This document shows positions 29,787 through 32,489 of a DNA stretch of 32,489 bases, piece by piece (the stretch's first letter is position 1; each line of letters begins with the position of its first letter). Position numbers and translations under genes: made by a program. The notes beneath the pieces were generated by a model. That model was not told the DNA's origin, searched no databases, and saw only the letters and a program-made list of their open reading frames with translations. Origin of the DNA: Rhizaria sp. SCN 62-66 (lineage: Eukaryota). Location of the stretch: NCBI GenBank assembly GCA_001724265.1, contig MEDY01000341.1, positions 1 through 32,489 of the forward strand, in the 5' to 3' direction.

Positions 29787-32117
29787 ATGGCGACTCAAAA
29801 GCGCTCCAAGGCGCACACTACGCTGAGCGTGGTCTCCTTGCTTTTTTTTATTGCGGGTCTGGTGTATGTAGCGTTGATTCCCGTTCGACCGCTGGTTGCG
29901 CAGGGCGTCTATATTGATGAGAACGCTCTGCTGCCGCATCAGGGCGCGCCGCCCTCTGTCAGCATCGCTGAAGTTGACGCCACAGACGCCGCCGTGCTCG
30001 CCTGTGTGCGTTCAGGGGCAGCGCTGTCAACGTGCGTTGCTGACCTTATGACACAACTCGGTCTTGACACCGCTACTGCGCGCTTCACTCGTTCAGGTGC
30101 ATCTGCGTTCGCAAGCGAAGAATGGACCGCCTCTGCCAGCGCAGTCTTCGGTGACGCGGCTGTTTCCGACGGTGCTGCCACGGTTGTCGCAGGTCATTGG
30201 CGCGCCCCGCGCACCGACGGCACTCACACGCTGGCGCTTGCTGTTGAGACGCCCTTTTGGTTCACGCTTAACGGCCCGCTTAGCAACGGTGGCGTACCGT
30301 CAGCGCTGGCGACTGCGCTCGCCTCCATTCGCGCCGCGGCCGGCCAGTCCTTCCTCGCAAAGGACGTGATCGTGCTTGCTGTCATCAACCCCGCGCACGC
30401 CGCGCTTGCTGCGAATCTTACTGCTACACAAAATACTACCCGCGGCACATTCCCATACACGCGCCTGCTTGCCGCCGGTCGCGCGCTCGCCGTTGACGCG
30501 CTCGCTCGCTGGGCCGACGCATACACTGGTGTTACTGGCTCCCAGGCCACAGCCGCTGGCCCCGCAACGGTGCATGTGCCGCGCGCGGGCGCACTGATGG
30601 CTGTACTAGCGCTGGACGCGCCGGGTCTTTACCCCGCGCCGGGCTGTGTGTCTGAGCTCTCCGTCTCTGCGCAGGGCCCAGGTGGACTGCTGCCGAACTT
30701 GGACATAGTGACATCCACGCTCTCCGCATTCCCAGGCCGTACGCTTATTGCAGAGCCACCGTTGCGCGCCGCTGCGCAGCACACTTATGCGCCTTTGAAT
30801 GCACGCTTTACGTCTACCTCTTCAGCGCGTTTTTTCCCCGTCTCTTCTAGCGTAGCCGCTGCTGAGGACAGTTTCTGGACGCTATGGTCCTCTGCATGGG
30901 CGCTCGCGGGCCGTCCTAGTACGACTGAGCACGGTCTGGGCACGGCGCGTTTTGCGGCACAGCAGGCGCTGGGCGCGGTGTCAACGCTGCACGCGCCGTG
31001 GATCGCCCGCTCCATCGACGCTGTGACCGTGGGCACCGTCTTCCCCGGTGTGACCGCGAGTGTTGCGGTCGAGGAGACTCTCGCCGCTGCTGCACAGGGC
31101 CGCGCACCCGTGGCTGCGGCGTGTGGCGCGCGGCCGCTGGTGCGCGTGCTGGTGACGGGTACGGTCGAGTGGCTCCGCATGTTTAGCAACGCGCATGAGA
31201 AGCTGCATCATTCGACATTCCTGTACCTGCTATCGTCTGCAGCCAACTTCACCACCATGGCCAAGTACGTGTACTCCTTTGCTGCGCTGGCTGCGCCGCT
31301 TGCGCTCTGGGCGCTTTATGCCGCATTTGCCGCGAGCACAGCTCGTCTGCTGCAGGCTGCTGCTGCCGCGGGCGCAGTCGCATCTCTCGCCATCGCGCTT
31401 TTCCTGGTTCTGCCGAGCGCGCTGCTCTCCGTTGGTTTATGGCCAACACCGCTGCCCGGTTTTGCTGACGGCACAGACACGCGCGCGCTAGCTGTTGTGG
31501 TTGCGCTGAGCGTTGTCTTTGCTGTTGTCGTGATCGCGCTCGTCCGCGGCGCCGCGCGCGCTGTGGCGACCGCTGCGCGCGCGGGCTCTGCTGTGTCCAC
31601 TGCTGAAGCCCCGTGGGAGACGACGCATGCGCTGCTTGGCGGCGCCATGTTCCTGCCGCTGCCGCCGTTTGTGATCATGAACTTCTCTGCGACGCTTACG
31701 GTCACCGCGCTTGTCTCCGCGCTTGCACTCGCAGTGCGGCCCTCAGTCAGTCGTGCGCGTGCACTTGCGCAGCTGCTGCCGTTGGCGCTCTTATCGCCGC
31801 CCGCCGTTGTCTTCATCGCTACCCTGCTGCTGCGCCCGTTTGCAGCTGACCCAGCGTTTGCAGGCACGTGTCTCTGGCCCGCAGCGGAAGCGGCGCCCAC
31901 GCTCGCGGCTCATGCGCAGGCCACCGTGCAAACGCTGCAGTGCGCTGCGGCAGCGCTGCCGCGTGCGACGGACTCCCCGCTCGCACTTATGGCTGCTGGG
32001 ATGTACTTGCCCTTCTGGCTTGTGTCCGCCGCGTTTACGGTTGCCTCACTCTGCTGTAGCCGCCGTGTAGGGCACACAGTTGTTGTTACGGAGACTGTGA
32101 AGTCGATGAAGGATTGA
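29787..32117 (+). CDS. GAA1: GPI transamidase component GAA1/GPAA1, 776 aa
   Basis: N-terminal TM followed by VYIDENALLP, then RAPRTDGT, FLAKDVIVL, GPGGLLPNLD and SNAHEKLHHSTFLYLL, all matching Gaa1 family blocks. Multiple C-terminal TM helices. TGA stop. Confidence 0.92.
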   Translation: MATQKRSKAHTTLSVVSLLFFIAGLVYVALIPVRPLVAQGVYIDENALLPHQGAPPSVSIAEVDATDAAVLACVRSGAALSTCVADLMTQLGLDTATARFTRSGASAFASEEWTASASAVFGDAAVSDGAATVVAGHWRAPRTDGTHTLALAVETPFWFTLNGPLSNGGVPSALATALASIRAAAGQSFLAKDVIVLAVINPAHAALAANLTATQNTTRGTFPYTRLLAAGRALAVDALARWADAYTGVTGSQATAAGPATVHVPRAGALMAVLALDAPGLYPAPGCVSELSVSAQGPGGLLPNLDIVTSTLSAFPGRTLIAEPPLRAAAQHTYAPLNARFTSTSSARFFPVSSSVAAAEDSFWTLWSSAWALAGRPSTTEHGLGTARFAAQQALGAVSTLHAPWIARSIDAVTVGTVFPGVTASVAVEETLAAAAQGRAPVAAACGARPLVRVLVTGTVEWLRMFSNAHEKLHHSTFLYLLSSAANFTTMAKYVYSFAALAAPLALWALYAAFAASTARLLQAAAAAGAVASLAIALFLVLPSALLSVGLWPTPLPGFADGTDTRALAVVVALSVVFAVVVIALVRGAARAVATAARAGSAVSTAEAPWETTHALLGGAMFLPLPPFVIMNFSATLTVTALVSALALAVRPSVSRARALAQLLPLALLSPPAVVFIATLLLRPFAADPAFAGTCLWPAAEAAPTLAAHAQATVQTLQCAAAALPRATDSPLALMAAGMYLPFWLVSAAFTVASLCCSRRVGHTVVVTETVKSMKD

Positions 32118-32402
32118 GTCTACTCGCATGCGTGATGACGGGCTATCACAAAACAGTTGTGTTCGGAGTCTTTTGGGGCCAGATTTCGTTACATTAGCAG
32201 TCAATAAATGTGAATGTCGATATATTGAACTTAACAACTTCCGTTCGTGTTTGAAACGGTCAACTGTATTTTAGTCTTGTGTTTGTTCTGCATCCTCTGG
32301 CGACATGCCACCTCGACACATGAGCACCAGCTCATCTGAAACGTGCACACCAGCTGTATCCAAATTGACGCGTTAAATTTGCTCCTGTGTTCTCTTGGCA
32401 AC

Positions 32403-32489
32403 TCACTCGTCGGGATAGACCATTTTGGTAGTGACGCCTCCATCGACTGCGACCACCTGGCCCGCAATGAACCCCGAAGCGGCGGGGTC
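32403..32489 (-). CDS. C-terminal 28 aa of a classical short-chain dehydrogenase/reductase (partial, runs off the window)
   Basis: The frame from 32489 reads DPAASGFIAGQVVAVDGGVTTKMVYPDE*, the typical SDR terminal motif (S.(F/Y)I(T/A)G....VDGG). It is absent from the ORF track. Confidence 0.85.
   Translation of the reverse strand, partial: DPAASGFIAGQVVAVDGGVTTKMVYPDE

Noticed and set aside
1888..32117. Functional gene cluster (GPI-anchored protease + GAA1 + SNARE)
   Set aside because: The genes are separated by unrelated NOT4 and dynein genes, and nothing suggests more than chance adjacency of housekeeping genes.

Overview
This is a gene-dense, intron-poor window from a eukaryote, most likely a flagellated protist, with GC-rich coding DNA and AT-richer intergenic DNA. 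The standard genetic code fits all genes (TAA/TGA stops). From left to right it holds: a repeat/palindrome-rich segment resembling a DNA-transposon end (1-245) beside a decayed coding relic (261-995); a 1552-aa Kp43/Tag-like S8 subtilisin with an LCCL-like module inserted in its catalytic domain and a predicted GPI signal (-); a NOT4/CNOT4 RING-RRM-C3H E3 ligase with a long low-complexity tail (-); an NPSN-like Qb-SNARE (+); a 5076-aa axonemal dynein heavy chain of the DNAH2/I1-beta class with one 5' intron (-); a hairpin-rich island between divergent genes; a spliced 117-aa mitochondrion-targeted basic orphan protein (+); GAA1/GPAA1 (+); and the C-terminus of a classical SDR (-). The ORF track mis-predicts or misses three of these: dynein exon 1, the spliced small gene and the SDR. 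I see no evidence of a coherent new multi-gene system. The best novelty candidates are the subtilisin domain architecture, the structured-RNA candidate at ~28.35-28.5 kb, the orphan mitochondrial protein, a dynein-2-like insertion in AAA1, and an altered E2-binding surface plus FPxL motifs in NOT4. All assignments come from reading motifs by eye; no searches were run.
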